Of a stretch of DNA of 64,000 nucleotides, positions 1 to 13,575 are shown piece by piece; within the stretch, counting starts at the first letter, position 1; every line of letters begins with the position of its first letter. A program made the translations under genes and the position numbers. This stretch comes from Enoplolaimus lenunculus (taxonomy: Eukaryota), in contig JASANG010002574.1 of the NCBI GenBank assembly GCA_030248215.1, forward strand, positions 372,001 through 436,000. The letters run 5' to 3'. Under the pieces are notes generated by a model. The model was not told the DNA's origin. It saw only the letters and a program-made list of their open reading frames with translations, and ran no database searches.

Positions 1-522
1 TTTTAGTTGGACCAAAGTTTGTGTATCTGAACAGTTAATTTGAAATCTAGCAGATCTAGACAGCGGCTTACGTATTTACTTAAGCTAAGTACGCTTTTAA
101 AAACGACAAAATGGCTAAGTAATTATGTAGCACGTACTTAAGTACTAAGTGAAACTTAAGTAGGGTTTCAGAAACCCAACCATTATATTTGTACAGAATA
201 GAGACGGACGCTGTATTAAGCTTAATACTTCCCTGTAAAATGACTCAAGCTGTATATAAAGCGAATACCAGCAACGAAAACTAAAATTTTAAAACGAAAT
301 TAGAAAAACACAGAAAAAACGGACAATGAAGCAACAGTTGAAAATATTTCATTCATTCGCCATGAATAAAGTCATGAGCATTCGTGCAAATGTTGCATTT
401 TAAAGTCCAACTTGACTCTGAACTCAATGTAAACAATTCAAATTGCGGTAATATTTCGTTCAAAAATCACACCGATTTCGAATATTGAAAAAAATCAGTA
501 TCGCAGCAACGCTGCTGATACG

Positions 523-728
523 GGCCCATGTTACTTTAAGGGGTGTCCAGGTTTCTGGTGGGCCTATAAAAGAGTTGCGTTTAGATTGTAGATTACATTT
601 TTAGCTTAGGCTTATACTTAGGCTTTAGATTTAGGCTTAGGAACACATTTTTGCGACGCTCAGGCTTAGGCAAAGGCTTAGGAATACGCTTTATCTATAC
701 TGTTAAGCTTCTAAAAGTAACATTGGCT
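523..728. mobile_element. TTAGGC-containing MITE-like element, family A
   Basis: Ends GGCCCATGTTACTTT ... AAAGTAACATTGGC form a terminal inverted repeat around degenerate (TTAGGC)n tracts. Related copies at ~2545-2731 (inverted), 26178-26377, 29869-30000, 37001-37172 and ~43945-44110. Confidence 0.75.
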
Positions 729-974
729 AATTTCTGTATATTTTTCAAAATAGCTATTCCAGGGTCAGTATTTTCAAATGCAAACAGCATCTATCACCAG
801 TTAGCGATAGGTTTTCAAACTGACGACACCTCTGCAATTATGGACCTAAAAATTTGAACAAAAGTAGGGCAAATCAGACGCAAAAATTGTACGGAATTTC
901 GAACGTCATCATGCGCTTGTTCGAAAGGTACAAGACCTTTCATCAACCGATGATAGCTGCTAGACACATTTGTG

Positions 975-1148
975 GGCCAATGTATAGAACAGGTCCGGAA
1001 CAGTAGTATAAGCATATTCCTAAACCTAAACATAAACCTAAGCCTAAGCCTAAGCCTATAAGCCTAAGCAAAAAATAAGTCTAAAGCTTAAACTAACTCT
1101 ATTATAACCCCTTCGGAAAACGATCCGGCCCTGTTCTATACATGGGCC
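975..1148. mobile_element. TTAGGC/GCCTAA-containing MITE-like element, family B
   Basis: GGCCAATGTATAGAACAGG ... CCTGTTCTATACATGGGCC inverted ends with internal (GCCTAA)n. Related copies at 11527-11723, 14330-14525, ~38040-38185, ~42495-42660 and ~4140-4305. Confidence 0.7.
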
Positions 1149-1563
1149 CCATTGAGAATAGGGACCCAGGTTATAGTTTTCTAGCCGACTCGTTTTAGGC
1201 TTTAAAAGGCTTTATACTTCACGACTGCGGAAACAGAAATCCTATATTGTACGATCAAACTGCAAAATATTCAGAGATTTTAGGTGTGAAATTTGTAACG
1301 AATAGCACTGGACAGCGAGAAACGAATTGAAATTGCAATTTTTGCAATTTTGCAGTTTTCCAATTATTACACTTTTGTTTACAGTAAACAATGTTACATG
1401 AAACGTTTGGCTCATTATGTGGCCAAACAGATTATTTCGTCTGAAAGTTATCGTATAATTGTTAAAATGACCAGTTAATAATATCGTTTGATGGCCATTA
1501 ATCACCTGACGTGGTACACTTGATTTTATACTCTAAAGTGTAACGATTGACGAGACCCAAATG

Positions 1564-1750
1564 ATTATTATTATTACTATTATTATTACTATTATTATTA
1601 CTATTATTATTATTATTACTATTAATATTATTATTATTAATAATATTAATATTATTATTATTACTATTATTATTATTACTATTATTACTATTATTATTAT
1701 TATTATTATTATTCTTATTATTATTATTACTATTATTATAATTATTATTA
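1564..1750. repeat. (ATT)n/(ACT) microsatellite
   Basis: Directly visible trinucleotide run; it explains the poly-Ile ORF 1561..1857. Confidence 0.97.
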
Positions 1751-1918
1751 AGCGTTATTTGTATACAATTTCTGGCCTCCTTGTAGTTTCACCCTTATGC
1801 CGCATATTGTGGATGGAGACGTTTTCAATTTCCGATTTAACACCATTTTATTATTGAAACAGCTACTGTTACTGAATTAGGTTTAAGACATTTTGGTGGT
1901 TTCAAATAAGCATTTTAC

Positions 1919-2015
1919 CTGATTGGAAATTTCCGAAATTTCCGAATGTATTTCAGCATCTGACGCACTTAGCATATCCATATCTGAATTGAAGCTTGAA
2001 CGTCGAGATCCGCTG
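1919..2015 (-). CDS. Internal coding exon of the unidentified Ser/Thr-rich minus-strand gene (SGSRRSSFNSDMDMLSASDAEIHSEISEISNQ)
   Basis: Acceptor ttttAAG/CAG (tandem NAGNAG at 2016/2013) and donor CAG|GTAAAA at 1918. The frame is open, and the phase-2 entry matches the phase-2 exit of exon 15257-15571. No following exon was found in the window. Confidence 0.6.
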
Positions 2016-2086
2016 CTTAAAATATAAATTTAAAAGTTAAACACAGCGTCCAAATTCGGACAACACGTTTACCGTCCACACCTTAA

Positions 2087-2349
2087 CCCTTTATCACATG
2101 AATATTCTCTATTTCCCCTGAGACCTACATTTATGCTAGGATTCGAACTCCAGTGACTGGAGTGGGAGGCGTATACCATCACCACTCAGCTATAGGAGCT
2201 TGACGCTCGAGCCCGAGGGGGCTCTCACGTCTTGTGGTGACTTTGTACTATGTATACGTTTTGCAATTGTTAAACACGCTACGATATATATTATTTAACG
2301 TATATACACTGCGCTGAGTTGCCTATAGGCAACTCAATGTGAGAAGGGG
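2087..2349. mobile_element. piggyBac-type MITE (~263 bp) with internal tRNA-like A/B boxes, copy 1
   Basis: TTAA on both sides (2083-2086, 2350-2353); termini CCCTTTATCACAT ... ATGTGAGAAGGGG; near-identical copies elsewhere in the window. Confidence 0.85.
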
Positions 2350-3249
2350 TTAACTTTCAACGTATCTTGAAAAGTCAATTTAAACTAAAGTCGGCGTTGA
2401 AATGTTTTTTGATAATATCAGAATCACGTTCGTAGCCAGCTTAACTTGCGTTGGTTCCAAAAAAATTTTCAGACCGGGCATACAAAAGTTTTCGATGACT
2501 TACAAGCGGCGATTAAACTTTTCTAAAGATACCAATTTTTTGGTTAATATTACTTTTAGGGGCGCGAGCAGTAGATTAAACGCATTCCTAAGCCTAAGCC
2601 TAAGCCTAAGCGTTGCAAAAGTGTGTTCCTAAGCCTAAGCCTAAGCCTAAGGGAAAATGTAATCAAGAATCTAAACCTACTCTTTTATGGAGTCACCAGA
2701 AACCTGGACGCCCCTTAAAGTAACATGGGCCAATTTTTTAGGAGGCTTTGCATCAACTGGCTTCGCTCTGGATACAGACCCGATTATAAACCTGGGTACG
2801 CTTAATTCATAGGAAGCGTCATTATTAAATCTACATTTTTAAGCCAATACATTCGGACATATTGTAGTGTCTTCTATTACGTATAACAATCAAATTCAAG
2901 TAATAACTAATTATAATTAAGCATAGAAACACTGTTATTTAACGAGAATTGATATTTCAAACAGGGTTGTTGGCCGGAAAAAATTACAGGAAAAATGGGT
3001 TTTTTTCCAGCAAAAAGTATCAAAATGCAAGCATTTTTGGGCAAACGCCGGCTAAGGGTGAGCTAACCGATCACTCAGACAAAGAATGAAATTTTTCCGT
3101 TTTTTTCCATTTTGTTTCCGGAAAAAATGAAAAAATACATTTTTCTCCGGTCATAAATTTTTTTGGAAAATACACCACTGATTTCAAATATGCGACATTT
3201 AGCTGAATGATGTAAGTGTTTGCAAATTAATAGAATTGTACCATAGAAG

Positions 3250-3643
3250 CAAGGGCGTCCGCAGGAAATTATTTTGGGGGGGGCACCGAATAATTTTGGA
3301 GGGACACCGAATAATTTTGGAGGGGCACCGAATAATTTTGGAGGGGCACCGAATAATTTTGGAGGGACACCGAATAATTTTGGAGGGGCACCGAATAATT
3401 TTGGAGGGGCACCGAATAATTTTGGGGGGCACTGAATAATTTTGGAGGGGCACCGAATAATTTTGGAGGGGCACCGAATAATTTTGAAGGGGCACCGAAT
3501 AATTTTGGAGGGGCACCGAATAATTTTGGAGGGCGCAACAATTGCGATACAAGATTGTTTACTTTTCAACCGAGTATATTTGAGGGTCACCAGTCAAATT
3601 TGGAGAGGGTGGTCCCCCAATGCACCCCATGAGGACGCCCTTG
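3250..3643. mobile_element. hAT-like MITE carrying an internal 21-bp minisatellite
   Basis: TIR CAAGGGCGTCC / GGACGCCCTTG; flanks CATAGAAG and CATTGGAG (6/8 match, consistent with a decayed 8-bp TSD). Confidence 0.6.
3270..3535. repeat. 21-bp tandem minisatellite (GGAGGGGCACCGAATAATTTT) x ~12
   Basis: Directly visible; produces the 7-aa periodic ORFs at 3075-3669. Confidence 0.97.
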
Positions 3644-5277
3644 CATTGGAGCTAAAAAATTCTTCATAAGAACAAGAATGGTTAAACATACTCACTTTGT
3701 ATAGACTCCAGAGCTCATTGTACCTGGTCGCGGTCGGCTTGAGATTGGCCTAAAACACAATACGCCACTGTAGCTCCCAAACCCGTTGTCACGGAAGCTG
3801 TGAGAATATTGTTAGATCAGGAGTTCAGTGACGACAATTTTAGAATAAGTTGCTGGGCCCATGCAAACAATATGCGACTGCCTACTAAACATAAGCCTAA
3901 TCGTGGACATAAACCTAATTCTAGGCCTAAGCCTAATCCTAAGTCTAAATTTCTCCGATTCTATGTCTCTCTGTCTTCTATATCGGTCGGCAAGCCCAAC
4001 TTTTTGAGATAGGGAGCCACCTGCTCAGGCCGGTAGCCAGCTCATCTTGCTGTAGGGGCAAAAAATTTTCATGAGGGGAGGTGCAGATGCAGGCTGTCTC
4101 TAGTTGCTCAAACGTACCAGCACACATAGACAATGTCTATCAAACATCGTTGAACCTAAACTTATACATAACAGTCAGCTTACACTTTAGCCTACGCCTA
4201 AGCCTGTGCCGAAACCTAAGTCTAAGCGAAAAATATATCTAACGCTTAAGTTTACTCTATTGGCATTCCCACAGAAATACGTTCCGCATCTGATCTTTAC
4301 ATTGGTCGAAGTGTCTTACATTTTGCGGCCTACTTGCGTCGCCATATTGTACAAATTAAAATTAATTAATTATTGAAACATCTCAACGAATCGGCGCGGC
4401 TATTAAAATAGCGTAAAGCACACATATTGCGCAATTAATATTGCTTAATGTAAGCATAATTTACAGAATAAATACAAGACAATATCTTACTATTTAAATT
4501 ATTAATTTTGATATACATAATATTGTTTTAGAGCATGCTAGATTTTAATATATCAACAAATGACTGAGCATACTACACAATTTTTAGTAAATGCTATTCG
4601 CGTAAAATAAAAGTTGGTATAAGTAGAGAAATGTCGAGTAAAGCAACAGCTGGGAATTATGATCAATCAATATAGTATACTCGTTGGTAAATGTATATAT
4701 GAAATTTGAAATATAAAGTTTTTAGTGCAAAATTCTGCGATATTTAAGCTTAATTTCTGCGACAGTGCAATTTTTATTATGTGATATCGGCCTGTCCCTT
4801 TGATATGTGATTGTTACGTGTGTGTTTTGTGCCAAATAAATGTAAATACCGGATTTACGTCGTTATCTTTTTCTATCTAATATTATTAATGATTTTTTGA
4901 GCGGAATCGCACGTTCAGGATTCGTGATTTACAATTTGTCTGACATGGTTCAGAATTGATGCAAAAAATTTCTCAACCTCTCAATAAAGTCTCAAGTCTC
5001 GGTCTCAAAGAACTTGAAACTGTATTATTCTACTAAGTCTCAACGTTTTCATCTCCCGTCCCTGCTTAGATATATATTCTGTCTGGTCTGAAATTGATTG
5101 AAAGAAACAATATTTCCGGTAAAACATTACAAATAAAAGATTGAACTAAAGTCCAAGTCAAGCAATCTTGTCAAATTAAAACAAAAATCAAACGAAATAT
5201 CAGTCCCGCAATTAGGAATTATTAGCAAAGGGAACAGGCAGACTTACAGAAGAAGCAACATATATTTCTCTTACCTT

Positions 5278-5413
<136 letters not shown>

Positions 5414-5937
5414 TCAAGGATGGCGATATTGGTCAGAGATGTCGAGTCACGTGCTTTCTTCTCCTATCCCCGTACGCACGCAGTTGCGACCCTGCGATTT
5501 TTTTCGCAAAGTCGCAAAAACAGCATCGTTTTTAGCGCAAGCCTTCAACCGACGCTTTATTTTTTGAAATGTCCATTTTAGTTTTAATCGTTTAATAGCA
5601 TTATTACACAATTGCGAACATATTCAAATTTGAACATTTGGATATTCTTTCTGTAAAATTGAACATTTTTACTGAGACATCGACTAATTTTTTTGTCCGT
5701 GAAACTTTGAACAAATTAACCAAAAGAATCTTAAATTATTAATGTATTTACACGCAGTGCGCAAGTTTTAATCCTGTGGCCACATTTGTTGTAAAATACA
5801 TTTTTCAACGTAATGTTTGAGCAACGAAAATGTTTTAATGCAACTTACACAATATCATGCGTACATCAGGTAACTTTTGACGGGGTAGCGTGAATGATGC
5901 ACACTGAAGTCAAACGGTTCAATGTCTCAAAATCTTT

Positions 5938-6137
5938 CACTGCAAAAAATGGTGAGTGAAATTGACTCTCTCCGAAATAGGCTTTTCATGACTACACAAA
6001 CTGAGTCAAAATTCGACTCCGCCAGTGTTAAATTGAGTCGAATTTGGCTCAGGCGGAGTCGAACTTTTACTCAGTTTGTGTAGCCAGGAAAAGTCTATTT
6101 CGGAGAGAGTCAATTTGACTCACCATTTTTTGCAGTG
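5938..6137. mobile_element. 200-bp near-fully palindromic MITE with CACTG...CAGTG termini
   Basis: CACTGCAAAAAATGGTGAGTGAAATTGACTCTCTCCGAAATAG pairs with CTATTTCGGAGAGAGTCAATTTGACTCACCATTTTTTGCAGTG, and pairing continues toward the centre. Confidence 0.8.
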
Positions 6138-6284
6138 TATAAATTAGAAGCCCCGCAACATATATGGCGACTAAAACGTAATACTATACTGTCTGTACAT
6201 AGGTGCAATTCACAGAACTCAGACTACTGTATAAACTTTAATATAGAACAGTATAAAATAGTAAACTATCATCGGTTGATAGAA

Positions 6285-7355
6285 ACAAGAGTGGATAATC
6301 GCTATTTAACAAGAGTGTGCAACTGGATACATTCTGTGTAGAAAAGAATTGACCCGGCGTACGCAACTGTTGTGGTTAAGCATGGTACAAAATGTAGAGC
6401 AGAGCGTTGCGTTTTTGGCTGACCCTCGTATTTAGAGGGGAGCCACAGTCACATGCAATCAACCAAAATTAAATTGTTAAGCGTACCATTTTGATGTCGG
6501 ATACATAAAGCGCTATAGTTCTCACAGGCTGTACCACCCTCTAAATAAGAGGGGTAGGCCAAAAACACAACACGTGCCGGGTACATGCTTTCCTACACAG
6601 AATGTGCCCAGTTGCATACTCTTGTAAAAAGGGTCACTATCGGCTCTTGATATCAGCAAGAGTGAATGATGCATACGTCAACAAGACTATGCAACCGGGG
6701 GTACAACTGTGCGAACCATGGCACTTTATGTATCCGGAGTCAAAATACTCCGCTTATAATTTATTTTAGAGTTATTGCATTTGCCAAAAACGCAAAGCCC
6801 GGTGGCACATTTTGTATCATACGGAACGCCAAGAGTTGTACACTCTTGTATTATGGACTCTTTAATGTCAATAATTATACATCGTTAAAACAAATTCGAG
6901 TCTACTTTGTTCAGAAAAAGAATGCCTTAGATTCAAAGAACTAAACATTTATTTAAAATCAAACGTCTAAGTAAACAATATTTTCCGAACAAAAATCTGA
7001 GTCGCCATTTTTGACGTCAAAAGATACGGTTAATACCGACAAGAGTGGATGATACAAACTTCAACAAGAGTATGCAACTGGGCACCTTCTGTGTAGAAAA
7101 ATATGTACCCGGCACGCGTTGCGTTTTTTGCCAACCCTTCTTTTATTTAGAGAGGGTACAATCTGTGCGAACCATGACACTTTATGTATCCGGCAACAAA
7201 AATGATCCGCTTATAGTTTAATTTAGGGTTATTGCAAGTGACAACGACCCCCGTCTAAACAAAGGGGGGTCGGCCAAAAACACAACGCCCGGTGGTACAT
7301 TTTGTACCATGCGGAACCCCAAGAGTTGCACACTGTTGTATAATGCACTCTTGAT
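6285..7355. repeat. Cluster of three copies of a CAAGAG...CTCTTG-ended element, outer copies inverted
   Basis: ~7040-7355 is approximately the reverse complement of ~6340-6655; ~6655-6865 is an internally deleted third copy. Confidence 0.65.
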
Positions 7356-7658
7356 ACAGATAATCGCTCAATACTATGCCAGCGAAAAATTTCTCAATTC
7401 GTTGTATATAATAGTTCAAAAATGAAAATTTAATAGCTTAGGAAATTTAAAATATAATCCAGGTTGAATCATTGCGGTTTCAAATTCAGCAACAATTTAA
7501 ACAGTTAAAAAGGTATGACGAAGCTTTCAATATTCCAAACAGTAATATAAAGGTCTATTCAAACGTGCAAGTTTTCGCAACGAAATCTCGCAGCTGCAAG
7601 TATTTTCAAAGGAACATTCTGACTGACCAATCAAAGTATAGGTGCAAGATTGCATTAA

Positions 7659-7923
7659 CCCTTTCTCGCATGAATATTTTCTATTTCCTGTGATACCTAC
7701 TTTTATGCTACGATTCGAACTCCAGTGACTGGAGTGTGTGAGGCGAATACCATCTCCACTCAGCTATAGGAGCTTGACGCTCGAGCCCGAGGGGGCTCTC
7801 ACACCTTGTGGTGATTTCGTACTATGTATACGTGTTGCAATTGTTAAATACGGTGCGATATAGACTATATAACATATATACACTGCGCTGAGTTGCCTAC
7901 AGGCAACTCAATGTGAGAAGGGG
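7659..7923. mobile_element. piggyBac-type MITE with tRNA-like core, copy 2
   Basis: TTAA|CCCTTTCTCGCATG ... ATGTGAGAAGGGG|TTAA; body matches 2087-2349. Confidence 0.85.
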
Positions 7924-8688
7924 TTAAGACTACGCGTATAAGAATGTATAATAATAAAATTAAATCTACACACTGTGTTCAAAGTTATGTACAATTGAAA
8001 AAGCCATGAACACAGCCGCCGTACTACGTAAAACACGAAAAACAATATATTTTTTACTTAAAATGGCAGTATTTCGGCTGCGAAAGTAAAGACAAATCGT
8101 GTAAATATTATTTTTTATCAAATTTTTATTTCCGGACACTGTATATAAACGAAAATTGTTCGAAATTTGCCCATCTATTTTGTGCAACAAAAAGTTAAGT
8201 CTTTTTTTTTCAACGACAAAATTTTGATTCATTTTTAAAAAAGTATCGATTTCGGCTGCTGGGTTTATTTAAGAAAAAAGAAGGATTTTCATTTATTTTT
8301 CAAATTTATATTCGACATAAGGCCCAGCGGCAGATTCACAAATTTGTGACCAGGGCTGGTAAAAGTTATGAAACGCAATTTTTACTGTATGCTATATATG
8401 TGCAAATTTTCTGAGATGGAAAAATTTGCAAGGTACGCGACCTTACCATTACAAAATAATTTTCTGATGGGGTGTGTACGACCCCTTTCCGCCTGCCCCT
8501 CTCGTGATCCGCTAGTGCATGCGGCATGGTTACAACGGGAACATCTTTCACAGAATCACTATTATACCATACTTAAAATTTAATTCTTTTATCATGAACT
8601 ACGAATCAAATTGGCTGTTTTGCAACAAATTTAATAAAAAATTTGCAGTTTACAATTTCAAACTCTCAACGCAATATTTTGTCATTAA

Positions 8689-8950
8689 CCCTTTCTCACA
8701 TGAATTTTTCTATTTCCCCTGAGACCTACTTTTATGCTAGGATTCGAACTCCAGTGACTGGAGTGGGAGGCGTATACCATCACCATTCAGCTATAGGAGC
8801 TTGACACTCGAACCCGAGGAGGCTCTCACGTCTTGTGGTGACTTTGTACTATGTATACGTTTTGCAATTGTTAAACACGGTGCGATATATATTATTTAAC
8901 GTATATGCACTGCGCTGAGTTGCCTATAGGCAACTCAATGTGAGAAGGGG
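8689..8950. mobile_element. piggyBac-type MITE with tRNA-like core, copy 3
   Basis: TTAA|CCCTTTCTCACATG ... ATGTGAGAAGGGG|TTAA. Confidence 0.85.
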
Positions 8951-9299
8951 TTAATAGAGTTACAGCTTATAAGCTTTGCAGAAAGTCTTTCATCTGTGAA
9001 ATAATCATTTTTTAGCTATACGCATTAACACTAACTTCACAACATGGGAGTATCAACAAAATGTCGCGTGACTTGATATGATAAAACGGTATCGAACTTT
9101 ACAGGTACATGCTTATGCGAAAGGTACATATAATTCGAAGTTAAGTGTATTTTGCAGGCATCGGTCCCGACCCCGGGTTAAATCATGGTTCCTCGACATT
9201 GCTAGTTTAAATCGAATGCTAGACTGTATTCAAATATCAGAACGTAGCTTACAGTTTTTCCTTCCGTGGCTAAAACTACCCAAAGTGTTTACATGACAA

Positions 9300-10065
9300 A
9301 GTTTAATATTTCATGCCGATGCATTTTTAACACTTTAACACTGACCCTATTATGTACTATTCTACGTTTTTGTAGCGTTGCGTTTACTTGCAATACTTGT
9401 TTGGCCCATGTTCCTTTTAACGGCATCCCGTTTTCTGTAGGTACTATAAAACAGACGTGGCTAAGATCAGGGATGGGATTCTCGGTCTTAGTCTCGTCAA
9501 GTGTCGGTATTTGGCAGGTCTCGGTTTCTGAGTCCCGCGGTTTGGAACCTAAACTAGAAGCCGCGGATTCAGCAAATGCTGGTACACCTGTAAAAAACAG
9601 AAATTAAAATTGTTCTTGAAACTTTTATTCTTTTTTGGTAATGACCAAAAGTTGACAGAGCCCGAGACTTTTCATGACCAGGCTTCGACCATCCATGGCT
9701 AGGATTAAGGCTATTAAATTTGCTTAGGCTTAGGCTTATAGTTATAGACCCATTTTTACGCTGAATTTAAGTTGACCCTTAGGAATAATATAAATATGTT
9801 CAGATATACTCTGTTATGCTCCTAGAATAACAATCGTATCTATATCTGGTTTTCCAGCGTTATTGTAACCTAATAAACATTGTGAACGTGCACGGCAGCA
9901 TGCAAATATTTACTTTACATAGATGACAGAAAGATGTGTAAAAGTAAGTCTACCAGTCCGATGGTACTTGGCGTGAATACGAATGACGGTATAAATTTTT
10001 TGAATTTTTTAAAAATAATATCCGGCAAGTTAAAATACCGGAGCCGGGTATCCGGTTGCACCCTG
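9300..10065. mobile_element. Non-autonomous DNA transposon copy (CCGGTTGCACCCTG-ended family)
   Basis: Right end ...CCGGTTGCACCCTG; ~9560-10050 aligns in reverse orientation to ~31390-32240. The left boundary is approximate. Confidence 0.6.
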
Positions 10066-13000
10066 AATTATATATATGTGCCCATATATATTTATATCTT
10101 TATATATAAGCATGAAAATTAGCAAACATAAGAAAGTCATACGTACAATTCTAAAGCGAAATGTTAAAGCTAATGCTTAAATCAGGCAATTGGTAAAATA
10201 AACCGAAACCTGGCTGAAACTTCCTTTCGAATCTAAAAAACAGTGTTTCAAATGCTAAGAACTTTAATACCCTACATAGCCGTATTAAATATCTCACAAA
10301 AAGTGGATTAAAATTGAAAACTTTTTAAAAATATGCGAATTTTACATTTTAAAAAGTTGAAAAAATTTGCAATGTCAAAAATTTGACGACCGCAGACGAA
10401 TCGCATTTTCATAATACGATACTGTCGTTCTGACAATTCTCACCATTCAATCAATTTTTCTATTATTTACGGCGTAAAGTTTATATTAAATTTCTCGTCG
10501 CCTTCCCGAGTCCTGACTATTTTTAAAATCGTTTGATGCGATGGACCTGTGTGACAATGCCGTCTTTGTTAGTCAAAAACTAAAATGTAAACGTTGCCAT
10601 TTTAATATAGTCGAAATTTAAACAGTAAATATTTAGTTTTTTATATTTAAACTAAAAACACGACGACGGCAGACACAGATATCAAATTGAATCTACGCCA
10701 ATTCGTCGCCCGTCAACTTGTCGGCCTACAGTGTCATAAAGTCTATGAATAAATCTAAGCATAATCCTAAGCTTTAACCTAAAGCTTAATGACGGGCGAC
10801 AAATTGTCGAGTCGATGAAATTTCGGATTACAAGTTGACTGATGATAAGTTGTCGGCCGACAAATTGTTGCATTACCACTTTAGATGCACTGAAATTTTT
10901 TGTACCATTTGGTTGTATTTACTGGAATACTTTTTCTATAATACCCAACCCAAGATAACCAATGCGCCATACAAAATGTCAATTTAATAAAATTTTGAAA
11001 TATTCACAAATAATTTCAGAAAATTCTTAAAAAAAGCACAACAAAATTTCGTATAAACGGAATTGTTATAATATATCATTATGTTCTTGGCCCACAATCG
11101 CACCTTGCTGTATAGCATCTATTACCAACTGGTATACAACGGCTAGTAAAATAAACGATTTGTGACATTTTCTGAGTTGAAAATCTGCAATTTAATTGGT
11201 TCATTGAACTGCAAAAAATGTACTAAATTTTTAACCCAATCGTTGACTGGTTTAAGCTACAAAGCTTATTGGTAATAGATGGCACACAGTTCTGGCAAAA
11301 ATTATGAAACGCAATTTTTACTGTATGCTATAAATGTGTCATAGGAATATTACCATTTTATCACAAAAAAATTTCTGATGGGGTGACGTATGCCTCACTC
11401 TGTATCGGCTAGTGATGGTACACGTGTATGAGCAGCCGTGCAATTCAGTATGAGCATTGTGTTTATCTTCTAACCAGATCTAATAACTTTGACCGAAAGC
11501 ATCAATTACATATTGTTAAGAGTTTTGGCCAATGTCAAAAATAGGCGCGGAACAGTATTATAAGCATATTCCTATTAAGCTTAAGCCTAAGTCTCAACCT
11601 AAGCGCAAGAATGACCACATTCGTAAGCCTAAGCTAAGCAAAAAGATTAGTCTAAAGCTTAAGCTTAACTCTATTGCAGTCGTCCCACAGAATAACACTC
11701 CGCCCATGATTTTTACATCGGCCAGAATTTGACATGAAATAGGCGAAATTAGCGGCTTTGATATGCAATAATTTAAGTTCTTAAATATTTTAAATTCAAC
11801 CTGCTTCCTAAACCCAGATTTGAAAACAAACTAAAATATGATTCTGAACGAATGCCAAACAATATCTTGTCCCAAAAATATTTTATAAGATAACCAACAA
11901 AAACAACGAGTTTGACTAATTTTTGACATTAATCCTTTTTAAACAATATAACTAAAAAATAACTTTAATTAATGAAATTTGAATTTTTCCACCAAAATTT
12001 ATTGTAATATTCCCATCGCTAAACTTCCACAGTCATAGACAGACTACAGTAGAGCGGAATATCTCATTCTTCAAAGGTACTTCAAGTGTCGGCTCTGTTC
12101 TCTTGTCCCGGACAGTTTTGCGTCAAAACAGTTGTAATGAATTTTAAAAATGATTACAGATAAAATTCTACTCTCAATTCAACTGCAAACTACTTTTAAT
12201 TTTCATTGCTGTAAAATATTGGAATGCGGAAATCTGTCTGAAATGCTAATACTTTGTTTAAACTCGAACACATTTCAAAGGTCGATGCGTTCGCCAGACC
12301 GGTGGTCAGCAATGGTCAGCGAAGATTTCTCATTCTGAGATCAAATAATTTGATGTAAAAGTTTTTTTTCACAAATTCATTTACATTTATGATAATTGCA
12401 GATTATTGTAATATCTCAAACTGTGCGTTTTTTCATTTCTACTGAAATTTCGGGGATAAGATATATTCCTTTATCTTCTCTGCGTTTGGATAACGTTATG
12501 CTGTCTCAGCATCATAGAACAATTGTCTTAACGGCTTTCCCCTAAGACCTAATATCTCAGTCATTTTTTGCGGCTCTGTCCACCCAGCCCCTAGAAAGTA
12601 GCCGGAATTCCGGTTCTGTCATTTTTTCAATATCCGGTTCCGGTAAAGTTTTACCAGAATTCCGGTTCCGTCATTTTTTCAAGATCCGGTTCCGGTAAAG
12701 TTTTACCGGAATTCCGGTTACGGCATTTTCTCAATTTCTGGTTCCGATAAATTTTTTACGGAGTTAAAAATTTCGGTAGTATTAAGTCTTGGTCGTTTTT
12801 TTAAATTTGCTAATCTTTAAGAAGCTTTTTAAACAAAAAAATAGATTTAATTAATATAGCATTTAAATTCTTGACAATCGCCGAAAATAAACCATCAAAC
12901 GTAGATTCGCTTCAGTGAATAAAGAAAATAAAAAAAACCAGATTAAGTCCAATATATACCTATCTTCAACTAAAGGTTATTTCACCAATAATAAATACAT

Positions 13001-13409
13001 CAAAAAGAAAACTAAACAAAGTTTTCTGTGGCATTCGTTTTTCACTTTCCAAATGCGGTTCCGGTAATTTTTTCAAATTCCAGTTTCGGTTCTGGTTAAA
13101 TTGTAACTCCGGTTTCACCCTGTCCACAACCAAAGCCCTTAGTGCGCCGTGGATCAAATGCAGTCCATGGAAAGATGCAACCCGACAGTTATTCGATTAT
13201 TAAAAATTCCCGACAACTCGTCAGCCAACATGTCCTAAAACCTATGAATAAATATAATCATTCCTAATCCTAAGCATAATCCTAAGCCTAAGCCTAAGCA
13301 TAACGTTAGACGACAAATTGCCCTGACATCGAACATTAGTCACTTCAAAACATGTTTAATGTGTGGCTCATGGAAAGTACCACGTAAACCACAAAAAACA
13401 CAAACATAC

Positions 13410-13575
13410 AGGCCTGTAGCCAGCTAACCTTGCTAGGGGGGTTAAAAAAATTTCAGGAGAGACATACAAGGGGTTTCAATGACTTAGAAGCAAGGTTGAA
13501 AACTTTCTAGGGGGCCCAAAATTTACCAGGGGGGGCTGAGCCTCCCCCACTGCCCCCCTTGGCTGCGGGCCCGCA
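13410..13575. mobile_element. Abundant CAGGCC(C/T)GTAGCCAG-ended MITE family (hAT-like termini), representative copy
   Basis: Shared core GCATACAAGGGTTTTCGATGACTTACAAGCAAGGTTGAAAA also at ~2430, 13900, 19010, 21405 (inverted), 22030 and 25440 (inverted). Confidence 0.65.

Noticed and set aside
595..680. True telomere or chromosome-fusion scar
   Set aside because: The TTAGGC tracts are short, degenerate and embedded in dispersed TIR elements rather than long pure or head-to-head arrays.
1561..1857. Poly-Ile membrane-like ORF (also the poly-I/N/L ORFs at 22997-23385)
   Set aside because: (ATT)n microsatellites.
3075..3669. 7-aa periodic ORFs
   Set aside because: Translation of the 21-bp minisatellite.
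9548..9588. Apparent minus-strand micro-exon (ttttttacAG|GTGTACCAGC...TTAG|GTTCC)
   Set aside because: The same sequence occurs in the paralogous transposon copy at 31960-32240, and its phase does not fit the neighbouring exons.
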